Part shown: one piece after another, positions 22,706 to 35,224 of the stretch
Layout of the letters: each line of letters opens with the position of its first letter
Position numbering within the stretch: the stretch's first letter is position 1
Source of the DNA: Asterias rubens
Lineage: Eukaryota
Reading direction: 5' to 3'
Assembly: GCF_902459465.1 (NCBI RefSeq)
Contig: NC_047080.1
Location: forward strand, 10,478,001 to 10,542,000
DNA length: 64,000 bases
Made by a program: the position numbers and the translations under genes
Notes under the pieces: model-generated
What the model saw: the letters and a program-made list of their open reading frames with translations, nothing else
The model's database searches: none
Told to the model about the DNA's origin: nothing

Positions 22706-25700
22706 CTACTCTGGCTGAGGGGTGTAGCGGAGGTAACTCTTCCCGGAGGGGACTGGCTTCATTGTCACCCCCTTGGGGAACAGCTTTGGAATGTCTTCCT
22801 GCTTGACAGAGGGTATCACCATGCAATCTCCCCCTTGCTGAAAAAACAAAGAAAAAACAGCTTTGTTTTAGGAAAATTACAGAATTGGTAAGAAAAAAAC
22901 TCAACTAAGATCACAGATTTACATAAAACTTACAAAGTCAAATGATTATGATAGTAGAAAACATCCCTTGAAATATTTCTGTTAACTAGTAATAGTATTT
23001 CTACAACAGAAGAGGTCAACATTGTGCTAGAATAAAGCAACTATGTTGTCATGTATTAACCACACCGGCAAAATAACAACACCATCAATAGAACATGTAA
23101 AACACTCAGAAAGTAGGTTGTCATGGCCGAGGGGTTTAGAGCATCAAATTCAAGTTTTGGTGAAGTGCGTGGGTTTGAATCTCGCTTGCGACACTTGTGT
23201 ACTTGAGCAAAACACTTCACCATAATTTCTTCTCTTCACCCAGTGGTACAAATTGGTATCTGCGAGAATAGAGGTTGATAATGTGTTTGAAAAGGCCTTT
23301 GGAGAGCCAAAGCAGCCCAGGGCTGTATACTCCCAGCAGGGAGCTGATAAAGGTTACAGGATTGTTATTTAACCCGATGACTAGGGCACAAATGTAAAGT
23401 GCATTGAAACGTTTTCTGTAAAATGCGCTTACATCTATCAAATCATTGCGGTATCTGCTGTTCGTACTAGGATTCCAACTGCCTTTAACCACAGGGCTAT
23501 CTATGTGGTCTAGTGGTAAGACATCTGCTCCAGCAAATCAAAGGTCAGGGTTCAAACCCTGAGTGATTTGCACACAACTCTGGAAAGTACCAAGTACACA
23601 GCGCTTAAAACTGCGAAAATTGCGATCGTAGCACCCTGTTGAAAATGGTGCCTCTTTTCCAATTTGTCGCTCAAAATATTGGGGCAAAAAGAAGTGGCAG
23701 AGATTGCATCACTGTATTAAAGTATAAAGGAGATCCTCTCATGTACATGCCACGTTACATCATAAATTATAATCATTATCTCAAAAAGCAAAGGTCGACA
23801 GACTAGAACACATAAAGTTTACACAGTCAAGTGATATCACATAATGGGATTAGTCAATATCTAATCTCAGTAAATGCGATAATCATTCTAAAATGCAAGA
23901 TTAAAGTGAACAAAACCGTTGGGCTGCAAGAGAGTTTGTTGCAGCAAGAGGGTTTTATCTTTTATAATAAAGTAAAGAGAGTATTACCTGCCAGTTTGCA
24001 GGGGTCGCAACTTTCTTGGTCGCAGTCAACTGCAGGGAGTCCACCACACGTAGGATCTCACTGTGTACAGAAAATACACAGAGAATAAGTTTACTTTCAG
24101 GAAATGACTGAGCATGGGATGAGAGAAAAACCAATTGGTCCTCATTTGGGATTTGAAACCAAGACCCCTGACACTCCCGGCAGATGCTATGAGGTACAGC
24201 AATATATACTCCCTCAGGTTTTCCCTGAGAACCACATTTTTCTCTCAGTGTTGGAGTGCATGGATGTGCAACTGGGCAAAGAATTAAACACAAAATTTTG
24301 AAAATAACAAATATTAGGAAATGACTGGAAACTCATCTTTGAGAGAGCAAGGCCATTTTGATTGCGAAAAGGGTACTTCTAATTGAGTAATCTTTGGGGG
24401 AAAGTCTGTCAAAATGACAACAGAGGCTTAGGCTAAGACCAGAGCGCATCAGAGAAAAAAAAAACTTTTATAAATAAGTTGTCTAAATCTATTTCTTTAG
24501 CGAAGTGTACGTTAGTTTAATAATAATAATAATAATAATAATAACAGTATTTATAAAGCGCCAAATTGCCAAAGGATACAAGGCGCTGAGAAGGAAAGAA
24601 GAGGGAAAAGACAGAACAAAGATAAAGACGACCAGCTACGAAGAGGCAAAAAGGTGGGTTTTGAGAGCACGTTTGAAGGCTGGGACACTGTTTGAGCTTC
24701 TGGTTAGGGTAGGTAGAGAATTCCATAGTCGGGGAGCAGCAATTGAAAATGCCCTATCACATAGTGTCTGACTAGGCAACGATGACCTGCAAATTGACAG
24801 CCCACAGGGCCTGCGCTCATCAAGTATAGGTGAACTTACTCAAAGTTCCTGCCAGTCGTTGCTGGGTACAGAAGGGACAGTTTCAACTTCTTATCTGGAC
24901 CAACAATGAACACCTGCAAGAAGAAGAAAAGAAAAAAAAAGGTTCAGTATCAATTTGGCTATAAAGACGTACAAAGTTAATCTAGAAGAACTCAACATAG
25001 CAGCTTCCTACTTCTTAGATTTCAATCGTATAAGGGGTTCAGAGTTCAAGCATGACAGCTGGGTCGGCAAACTGGGCCAAACTCGATCTACTTACTTTAA
25101 ATGCAATGAGCAGTCAGCCGTTGATTTCACAAAGAGTTAGGACTCGTCTTATCTCGAGTTAGGACGAGTAACTCTTCCTAACTTAGGATTAATCTTAAGG
25201 TCTGCATGCTGCAGTGCAGGGTTGGGACTCGTCCTAAGTCCTAAGATTAATCTTAAGTTAGGAAGAGTTTTGTGAAATCGACGGCTGAGGAAGGCCAGCT
25301 TCAGTCCACCTTTTCAGGATTCAACTTGCTTTGGTTTACTGGACGTAACAAAGAAGCTCTGATAATCAATGTTTGGGAAAAATTTTGTCTACTAACGAGG
25401 TGTTTTTTTAATCACGCAACGAGTAGTCACGGGAAGGCCCTCCTCGTCTTTCTCATCACCAATTCAAAATGCCAAACTTTAGGTTTACAGGACGTGACCA
25501 AGAAAATCTGACAATCACAACTTGGGCTAAACTTGATCTACAAACGAGGTGTTTTTTTAATCACGCAACGGGTAGTAACAGGAAGGCCCTCCTCGTCTTT
25601 CTCATCACTGATTCATCATGCCAATCTTTAGGTGTACGGGATGTGACCAAGAGCTCTGACAATCACAGCTTGGGCTAAACTTGATCTACAAACGAGTTTT

Positions 25701-28364
25701 GTTTTACTTACGCCAGGAGCAGTCAGGGGAAGGCCAGCCGTCTCTTTCCAACACTAGGATTTAACATGCTCATTTTACGGTCTAAGGTTTGTACATGAGC
25801 AAGAGCTCTGATAATCACAGCTGGAACTAAACTTGATCTACTAACAAAGTTTTTTACTTCACTTAATTAACGAGAAGTCAGGGGAAGGCCAGCTTTGTCT
25901 TCCTTAATATAATTCAACACACCAAACTTAAGGTCTACGAGACGTGACCAAGAGCGTTGACAACCACAGCGTGGGCTTAACTTGATCTACAAACGAGGTT
26001 TTTTATTTTACTTACGCAACGAGCAGTCAGGGGAAGGCCAGCCTTGTCTTTCTCATCAGGATCCAACATGCCAAACTTCACGGCCAGGTCACGATTATCA
26101 GAAATGATTGGGAAAGGAAATTCCCCTTTCAGTTGAGAATCTGCTTGAATGTCCTGATGATACAAAAGAAGATAAATTATGGTCAACTGCTAAAAAGTTT
26201 AGAGTTTGGATTGGAAATAAAAAGCTGCATCCTTCTGCTGCCGCTTCCAAGATTGTATTGTAAACTTTGGTGTGATCCCTGGTGATTATGGCAGATTTGG
26301 CTTCCAACCAATATGCATTTGATAAAAAACGTTCACTAACGCTTTTTATAGACCAACTCGTCCGATCATAGGCAACGTGTTCCTTTAACCTACCTTAATC
26401 CAACCGTTGTGGCTTTCGACGTCATCGATGGACAAAGCAATAAGTTTCACATTTCTTTTTGTGAATTCTGGCTCAAGTTTAGCTACAGTACCAAGCTCCG
26501 TCGTGCACACTGGGGTGTAATCAGCAGGGTGGGAGAACAGGATTCCCCATCTGAAAAATGGAAGAGTCCACAGAGTCAAGTTGAGAAATATTACTACAGA
26601 AAATCAAAGTTATAAATTAGGATAAGCCAAGATGGTTTTGAATAAAATTCTTGAAAAATAAAGAATAAAGAAAATTATCAGTTAAATGTAATTAAACATA
26701 AAAACTTTTTTCAAATAATTATTTGTTTGGTTAAACAAAAAATTCAAAAAGCAGGAGTCCACAGTCGAGATGATAAAAGTTAATTAAATTTGTTTATAAA
26801 GTTATAACTTGATATGATAAACCAAGATGTTTGATATATACTATATCTCTTGAAAAAAAAAATATATATATATCAGTTATTTAAATTTAAAAACATTAAA
26901 ACCTTGCTCATCATACTAAAATTTATTGCTAAGGTAAATCTAAAACGAATTATAAATATAAGCCTAGCTATGATTTTAAAACAAGGTTTTAGCGAGGATT
27001 GGGTAAAAAGAGTGTCCAAGTTTGCTAAAGATTTAAAACTGGGTGTCTATATTGTCCACTTTTTTGAAGCCTAATAACATGTAAATAACATAACACAGGG
27101 TGTCCAAATTTAAAACAGAATGTCCAAAAGACACACAGACACCCCTCTAGCTAATATGCCCGCTCCAGATTTTTTTGCAGTATCTCAGATACACTACGCA
27201 CACTTCAAAATGAATTTTTCACAGGCTAGTTAGTTTTATAGTTTTTATTTATATAGGATTAAAACAATACAACTGTTAGTTACAGACAGACCAAAGCTTG
27301 GTCTTTGGTCAAACACTGATTAAACTTGTAACAGATAGGATTGAGTTGAGGGGTCTAACCCTCGACAGACAAGGGTGTGCCCTTGCAAAATTGCAAATGA
27401 ATGAATCCACATCTACAGAAAAAGGGATAACTCTCCGTATGGTGCCACCACTTTTTCACTCATTTGTACAAAAAGGGATATCTCATCGAGGTAAATTAGA
27501 TACTATATTATTTCATATCGAATGAAAAATGTGGTGGCGCCATACAGAAACTTTTCTGAAAAAAAAGCATTGTATTCCTTAATATGACACAGCAAATTCA
27601 ATTTATACAATAATATATAGCACACTCCATTTTCCGCAGTCCACTCACTCGCTAAGTTATGAAAGAAACACATCAATAGATTATAATAATATAATAATAA
27701 TAAGACTTGTACTGCGCACGTATATACACAAGGCAGTGAATATTACAAGCAAATGCAATGTGTTTTAAAACACGATGATGTAAATACAATATAAAACAAA
27801 AATTTGCAGGGGCCAATTTCATAGAGCTGCTTACGAAAATAGCTCGCTTATTTTACACATGTTACTGACCAAAATTTCATGCCATATACATACATTGCTA
27901 ATGACTAGTATTTAGCTGTTGTTTACTTAGCATAACAATTGAGTGGAGTCTTGGCCGGTCATCTGATTTTACTAAGCAATGAACTTTCTGCTTAAGCAAC
28001 ATTTTGTGCTTAAGCAGCTCTATGAAATAGGGCCCTGGGCAGTATAGTATTATTGGGCACCGACTGTACAGCAACACGGTGCACTGGTTGCAGCATGGTT
28101 GCAGCTCTGTCCTTACTCTATGGTTGCAGCTACCTCCATGGTTGCAGCAACCGCGCTGGCTGACATGGCCTTGACAAATGCTTTGCATAGAGCTGGCAGT
28201 TCTACCTCTCCATAGTATGTAAAAACCATGGAGCTAAATTAAGGCCTCACTAACTCTTGATTTGCTTTTGTAACTTACTTATCTCCAAGCCAGTCGTGGA
28301 AGGTTATCTCACCCTGGCTCGTCGGAGCAGTGAAATTGGGGAAGATTTCTCCGAGATTCACCAT
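22706..28364 (-). CDS. PRDX6: Peroxiredoxin-6 (1-Cys peroxiredoxin), 6 exons, 219 aa
   Basis: Exons 28364-28279, 26550-26394, 26153-26016, 24913-24840, 24060-23988, 22837-22706 total 660 nt. Reads [11 protein letters not shown]...[26 protein letters not shown]...[44 protein letters not shown]...VATPANW...YLRYTPQPE*. Confidence 0.97.
23116..23445 (+). mobile_element. tRNA-derived SINE, near full length
   Basis: A box TGGCCGAGGGG, B box GGTTTGAATC, body gtgtacttgagcaaaacactt, LINE-type tail; homologous inverted copy at ~14205-14480. Confidence 0.75.
23494..23610 (+). mobile_element. Short tRNA-derived SINE (second family)
   Basis: A box TGGTCTAGTGG and B box GGTTCAAACCC; related fragment near 30580-30670. 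Confidence 0.55.
24519..24767 (-). mobile_element. L2/CR1-clade LINE 3' end in a PRDX6 intron
   Basis: 24767-24636 translates as [43 protein letters not shown], the typical L2 ORF2 terminus, followed by a 3' UTR and a (TTA)n tail. Confidence 0.85.
25060..26080 (-). repeat. ~150-bp degenerate tandem array of the PRDX6 exon 3 end plus intron start
   Basis: Five diverged copies (junction equivalents near 25865, 25711, 25564, 25415, 25095) of the sequence at 25930-26080. Confidence 0.85.
25114..25288. mobile_element. Harbinger-like palindromic MITE (GATTTCACAAAGAG family)
   Basis: TIRs GCCGTTGATTTCACAAA / TTTGTGAAATCGACGGC; other copies at 41865-41993 and 50008-50143. Confidence 0.7.
27809..28035. 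mobile_element. Harbinger-like MITE in PRDX6 intron 1
   Basis: TIRs GGGGCCAATTTCATAGAGCTGCTTA / TAAGCAGCTCTATGAAATAGGGCCC. Confidence 0.7.
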
Positions 28365-29988
28365 TTTTGTAGAAGAGTTGCGAGATCAAGTTATGAAGCC
28401 TTCACGTCAATGGTCCAAGCAGACTGCAGTAAGAGAGGGAGGGAGTGTGGAAGGGTACGGGTGTACAACAAGTACAAACAACCTAGATTTGTGACTGCAC
28501 GTAGTGCACGTTTTGTACTCTGTTCCTTTTGGTGGGTGGGCAGGGCAACTTTCTGCATGTCACGCGGTAATTGGTTCTGCATGGACACACACATGGTTCA
28601 CAGTCTAAAGACACCCGACGAGCGAGTTAACATTCGATTTGCGTTGTTATACAACAGTTGAGTCTGGGTACCATACACGCTCCATTCAAAGTTGGGATTA
28701 GGTCGTTTTAAATGCTGTTACGCAACACAAATTCCTAAGTTTTACCCAAATATCTCCCAGTGTGACCAGTCCTTCATATATATTTTTTCATATTCTGCAG
28801 AGTATTGAGTTTCTGAGTTTCAGTTCTTTCTAACTGAGGAAATTAAATTACGCGTCGGTACCAGGGCATGCAGTAGTCAAATTCTGAAAACATGAATAAC
28901 TGTGGGGTGAGCGGTTATGTCATTACACACAAACAAACGCCAATATAAAAAGACACGTGTACAATTGCGTTAAAAATTTAAATCACACTACCAGACAACG
29001 TTTTATTTAAATTTTGTTTGGAATGTAAAGGTCATTATTAAAAAATCAGGTAAAGTCGAATACATTCTGTTATTTACATGCATTTCAAATTTCAGAAAAC
29101 TGACAAATGGAAATGGAAATGTAGAAGTGTGTTACATTGGGTACAAGTGATAAGCTACACGTATGTAGTTTTGATTTGGGGTTTAACATGTTGGGACACC
29201 AAACGGTAGTAGAGTAAAACAATACCCTGCAAATCAACGTCTTCTGTAACTGGTCTATATTATAATTATACAGCAAAGCAACAAAAGAGTGGCCAGGTTT
29301 TGAGTATTTCTGGAAGGTAATGACAACACTGCAAGCATAAACAGGTTTACTGGTGTAACAAAATAAGTCTACTGGAAATGGATCATAGAGATGAAAGGGA
29401 CAGGGTAGGGGGGTCTATATTATATCCGGATTGGATCGAAAGCTAAGGCCATCTACCCTATTCATTATATATACTCTTACATGATACAATAAAAAGTTTT
29501 ATTTTTCTCTCTGATTTGATTTGAATTTTTACAGTTAAATTTCATGATACCACAATAATTACAATATTAAAGCTTATATTACAATTTATGTTCACAATGA
29601 AATTTATCTTATTTAAAAATAACAAATATGGCAGTTTTCTCACAAAAATACATTTGCGGTAAAATTGTTTTCATAGTATGAAACATTTCTATAAATTGTT
29701 CCATCTTGACATGGTAGAGAGGGGCAGGGCCTGATGCTTCATTCTTGTTTTGACTGCCTGGAAAGGATAGTTTATTTTCTCAGTAAAAGATTCAAGATTA
29801 GAATTTAATTCCATCGCCTTAAAAACATTATTATTTTCTTCCCAGAGGATGGATTATACAGAAGCATAAAAAATGTATATCATTCCCTCATATTGAAGTG
29901 TGTACATTTGGTAATAACACCAACAAAATGACCATAAAAACCTTTCTTGGAAAAGAGCACTGGAGAGCTGTTGTTACGAACCACCCCC

Positions 29989-30368
29989 TTAAAGGCAGTG
30001 GACACTATTGGTCAAAGACCAGTCTTCTCACTTGGTGTATCTCAACATATGCATAAAATAACAAACCTGTGAAAATTTGAGCTCGATTGTTCGTCGGAGT
30101 TGCGAGATAACTTTGACAGAATAAACACCCTTATCACACAAAGTTGTGTGCTTTCAGATGCTTGATTTCGAGACCTCAAATTCTAAACTTGAGGTATCGA
30201 AATCAAATTCGCGGAAAATTACTTCTTTCTCAAAAACTATGTCACTTCAGATGGAGCCGTTTCTCACAATGTTTTATACCATCAATCTCTCCCCATTACT
30301 CATCACCAAGTAAGGTTTTGTGATCATAATTATTTTGAGTAATTACAAATAGTGTCCACTGCCTTTAA
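29989..30368 (+). mobile_element. MITE family K1 copy
   Basis: TTAA-AGGCAGTGGACAC ... GTGTCCACTGCCT-TTAA: perfect TIR and TSD. Confidence 0.9.
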
Positions 30369-30719
30369 GAGGTCATTTTTCTCAACTCGAAATTCAAGTC
30401 TAAGAAAGGCTTCAAAAAAGCCTTTGAAAGTTTGGGGTACACACAAAGTGGGGATACTGGTCTTTGACATACACAAAGTATACACTGCCTTTAAAAAAAC
30501 AAAAAAAGCACATAAAAAGCCACTGCAAAAATAAATAGGTATTAAAGGGCAGATTGACAAAGGTCAAAGGTCATGGGTTTGCATTGCACCCAAGTAATAA
30601 GCCTTTGAAGTTCACAGAACTTATAAAAGTAGTAAGTACAGCGCTTACATACATCGGTGTTAGGATAAAACCAAATAGTGTTCATTTCACAAAGAGTTAA
30701 ATGCTGATTTGCCATTTGC

Positions 30720-31807
30720 TCATTGCTTCAGAATAAAATATCCTTTTAAATCTTCAAAGCTCTTCAGAGGCAGCCAGTAATACTGGATGAATATTCCTTG
30801 AAGAAGGCCTATGATGAGGCCACAGCTGACATCCATAATGTAATGGCGTCCCAAGCAGACCCTCGATAAAGCAATCCCGACAGTCCAAACTAAGAGTATC
30901 ATAGCCTGGATGACAGTGAAATCGATGTTGGCTATGAAGAAGAAGGCTAGCATCCCTGCTCGTGTACAGTGACCTGAAGGGAAGGAATACAGGCTATCTA
31001 CGGATGCAGTTAGGACCATATCATTCTGGTTGACGTTGGGTCGAGGTCTTCGGACCAGAGATTTGAGAATCAGGCTCACCAGCAGATCCAGAAAGATTCC
31101 TGCCGAAAGGAGTGAACAAAAAAAAAGGATAAACATGTTATTATAAAGATGGTTTTAGAATACAAATTGCTGTTAAACACTTCCATTCCAATCTGTTAAA
31201 AAAAATTATCGAACCCTCAGAAAATTTAAATACTTTATATTTAATTTAAGTCCAACTGATTTTGCCTTTCCAAAAATAAAAGGCCTTGGCCCTTTCAACA
31301 TGTTCAAAAATGAAATTCCGGGCCTGCTATCACTGGCAGAAAGTACATTCATAACTAACTATAAGAATAAGAAATTCATTATGGTTATAAAAATCATCTT
31401 TGGGATCGGATACGCCAAGTTCAAGTAAAAAAAAAAAATATACATATTTTATTTAAATTTGTACCTGCCAAGAGGTTGAGTAAAATTTCCATGAACCAAG
31501 GATCCTCGGTGAAATACATCAAAGTGACAGGAATCACTATCCATGGCACTCCATGGCCACCTAACTCAATCAATTTGAAGAACAACCTCAAGCTTCCATG
31601 GCCCGAGGTTGGCGATGCACAGATGCTGCAAAGAAGCGACGTTTCTTTATCCCATTCGAGAAGGCGTCGGAATACACTTTGACTTCCGTTGTTGGCACGA
31701 ACAGCTTTTCTTTTCTTGCTCCCATCTTCACTTTTCTTATCAGATATCTCTTGTTTTACCTTTTCCTCCGAAGAGGCAAGTTTTCGTGATCGTAATTCCG
31801 AAACCAT
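30720..31807 (-). CDS. PLPP6: Polyisoprenoid diphosphate phosphatase of the PLPP6/PLPP7 family (PAP2), 2 exons, 240 aa
   Basis: Exons 31807-31465 and 31099-30720 (phase-1 intron). Family motif LGGHGVPW; all three PAP2 catalytic motifs intact: KSLVRRPRP, FPSGH, SRVCLGRHYIMD. Probably co-orthologous to PLPP6 and PLPP7. Confidence 0.92.
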
Positions 31808-32650
31808 TTTGCACTTTAAAATCGTGTAAACCAACAAAAGAGAACGAATAGGTTAATTTGTTTACAAATATCTACAGAAGTGTCTACATGGTTGGCGCCA
31901 TCTTTTCCTAATTACAATACACCAAGTGGTGGCGCTCTTTAACATTAACGGTGAGCTAGAGCTTAGAGGCGTTGCAAACTCCCCCCCCCCCCCATTTTTA
32001 GTAAGATTGTGTATTTAAATTTGTTCATGCTGTGAAATAGTCCAGGCGACACAGTTTAAATGAAAACCGGAGAGTAATCCTGCTGAGAGGCCCTTAATAT
32101 TTTCGATTCACAAACTCAAGTACAGGGGTTATTTACAACGGAGTTATTTACAATTTTCTGTGAGCTTTTTGAAATAGCCTCCTCTCAGCGCTAGAGATAA
32201 GTTGATAAACGAGCACAATTTCTTGATATCTGAAGAAAAAGTTACAGCAAAAAACGTCCGACACAACCAGACACTAGACACACTTCAATTCTAACTGTTC
32301 AAATGTTTAAAATAAAAATACTTTCTTGAGAAAGGATTGACTCGTCAACTTGTACCGTGAGAGTCCACCAAAAGCTATGGCTCCATGCTCACGGGACGCA
32401 ATATTTGTTTTGGGAATCCTTACAAAAACAAAAAAAAAGGGACAAAATTGCTCATCACGGCTACACTACTACGGCGCGCGTTTAAGCTGTTGTACATCAA
32501 TAGAGCTAATTCGATGCCGGACAGGTTTATTTGTGACGCCATTATCTGCGCGAGAAATTGCCAAGACTGCGCGTTCTGAGACGAACGCATTCTAAAGATT
32601 TAACTATGACGTCACAAGACAAAGTTCGGAAACGAGCGTGTAAAGTGACA
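31808..32650. promoter_or_regulatory. PLPP promoter region, possibly shared with FAM78
   Basis: YY1 motif GGCGCCATCTT at 31894-31904, CpG-rich stretch 32380-32640, perfect CRE TGACGTCA at 32607-32614. Confidence 0.4.
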
Positions 32651-32795
32651 CTGGTTACCACATGCCCAAAATTGCAAACTTTTCAACAACAAAACACAGA
32701 ACAAAAAACATAATGGTTTAAAACCGGGTTGGAGTAGTGTGTCTTCGAAAACTCTCCTTGAGCACGACACACCATTTTTAACAAACTCTTTTTAG

Positions 32796-32946
32796 AATAA
32801 TTGGGGCATGAATCCCATTGGAAGTAATAAGATGACCAACGCTCGAGGAGATGATCGACCCCGCCTTCACCCATCAGTGAACACTAGGTGTCCCCCTGGG
32901 AATGATGAGGTGTCCTTCCAACTTATGGATCTTGAAGACAGTGATG
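32796..32946 (+). other. Candidate distal exon of FAM78
   Basis: ctctttttag acceptor at 32795 and G|gtaagc donor at 32946; open from ATG 32808/32832 (MTNARGDDRPRLHPSVNTRCPPGNDEVSFQLMDLEDSD). Phase-compatible with micro-exon 39881-39909. No homology support. Confidence 0.3.
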
Positions 32947-33617
32947 GTAAGCGCCAGCGCCAGAACCTATTGTGAACCCCCCCCCCCCTCCTTCGGACTG
33001 GATGAGGATCCAAACCTCAAAAAATTACCCTCTCCCTCTCCTCCGGAATGGCTTGAGATACCATTGTAATCCTCTTTCACTATTCCAGAGTAGGCTTATT
33101 CCACCAGACTGGGTGTGGTCATTTAACCCTCCAGACTGGGTGGGGAACCCCGTGGTGACCCACCCTCCAAACCCTTCTGGAACGGTGTCATTTTACATTC
33201 CTTTATGAGGAAGTTGGTGCTCATAATGATGAAATGTTACAAAAATAAGAAGTTTGGGTTTATTAAGAAAAGTTGTCATGAACATTGGTCAAACCATAGA
33301 GGGTCAAACAGCCAAGTTGAAAATAAAAACCCTGTCGAAAGAAAACACAACCCTTGGGGTTCATTTTGAAATAATTGTTCATGATGTAAATTTGAAACAG
33401 CGCCATCTGTCAGAATACCTGATACATGAGTAAGTTTTCTACATACATCTCAGGTAGCTGCTTGACAATGCCGACACAAGTCTATGATTTAAATAATCTT
33501 TCTGGAACGAACCATTTTTTGTAAACATAATAATACACGGAGAGATAACGGAAAGGGTAAGGGTAACATGAAATACTCTTTCAATTATGTGTGAGGTGGG
33601 GTACGTTTTGACTTGAT

Positions 33618-34791
33618 TGATTGAGGGTACTTAAAACAAACTTAAAAAAACCCAGTTTTTTAAATTGGATTTTGATACTTCATCTCTATTAATTTTTAAG
33701 ATTCTATATCATTGTGATTTTAGGTCCAGTGGCGTTTTGGCCGGTGCTATTTAATGTATTTTTATACATTTTTTGACCTCACATTAAAGGGAGGCAGGGG
33801 GCAAAGTATGGGGCGGGGCTTCCGCCCCCTGCCCGCCTCTGATTTCATCACTGATTAAGTCTACGTATTTAATTCTCCTGGTCGAGTTGTTTTACATTCC
33901 GTACGCTACCCCTGTCAATATTGATGGGTACGAAAGATAACTGTATCAATATGAACTGATATAACAGACTGAATTCAACTTCTGCACACTTATGTAGAAA
34001 GTATATTTAGCACTAGATTGCCACAGGGTTGTGACCACAGTGCAATAACACTGGAACTAGAAATATTAAAAAATAACTCCACCCCCAGTTATTTAGAAAT
34101 GCCGTCGCCTTCCACATAACATTTTAGGATACAAAAATAAATGCGCCCCAGGGTGGAAGTGTGAAAGTTAACTCGCCCGCGCCGTCTCAAGATTTTAAAC
34201 AGAGATTAACTTACCTGGCTCTGCCGATTTAAATATCAAGATTATAATCCGATATTCGAAGGAACTGGGTCCCTCGTTTTAAAGGCACTAGTCACTATTG
34301 TAAATTACTCTAAATAATTATAGCATAAAAACTTACTTGCCATGAGCAATGGAGAGATGTTGATAATATAAAACATTGTGAAAAATGGCTCCCTTTGAAG
34401 TAACATATAGTTTTTGAGAAATGAGTCACTAAAATATTTGAATTTAGCTGAGGTCTCGAATTCAAGGCATCTGAAAGAACCCAACTTATGCGACAAGGTT
34501 TTTTAAATTACCAAAGGTGTCCCGTGCCGTAACAGAAACAGATCGCAGGCCTTTGAATTGATGTGACTGGTACCCCATCAATTATTTGCTTAGCAAATAA
34601 ATTTGTTGAGCAATATTGATTGAGGGTACTTAAAACAAACTTTAAAAAACCCAGATATTTAACTTGGATTTTGATACTTCATCTCTATTAATTTTTAAGA
34701 TTCTATATCATTATGATTTTAGGTCCAGTGGCGTTTTGGCCGGTGCTATTTAATGTATCAAACAAAATCTTTATACATTTTTTGACCTCAC
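33618..34791 (+). repeat. Dispersed ~170-bp direct duplication
   Basis: Near-identical copies at ~33618-33782 and ~34615-34791. Confidence 0.8.
34279..34532 (-). mobile_element. MITE family K1 copy, internally deleted
   Basis: Reverse-oriented body with degenerate TIRs. Confidence 0.7.
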
Positions 34792-35224
34792 GTAAAGCCG
34801 TTGGTCCCATGTGTAACGCATGTAAAAGAACTCAGTGCACTTTTCGAAAAGAGAAGGGGTTCGCCCCGGTGTTCCTGGCTGTGGCTGCTGTATGCACCGT
34901 AGCACCTTGTAAACCCCTATAAGGTGCTAAATAATTGAGTCTCAGAATTCATCACTGTAATAACCTATATTTCTGAAAGTTTGTATAATACTCAGCGCCT
35001 GGAGTACCTTGTTTGGTAGACACGTGCGCTTATATAAGACTTCGATATTGTTATTATCATGAAATTGGGCCCAGGTATTTCCTCCCTCCGTGTGTCACCC
35101 TAAACTCCTTTAAAATGATCGCAAACAGCACGTGCCATGCTCATTGAATCACATACGGTTGTTAGGAGCGTGTGGACACGCTGGGCAGGGAAGTTTTTTT
35201 TGTACGGCCATCACAAATTGAGCC

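Noticed and set aside
23116-23610. tRNA genes
   Set aside because: A and B boxes are present but there is no acceptor stem or cloverleaf, and the heads continue into repeat bodies, so these are SINEs.
34209-34219. ACTTACCTGGC matching the U1 snRNA 5' end
   Set aside because: Similarity stops after about 11 nt; it is simply the reverse complement of a donor-like site.
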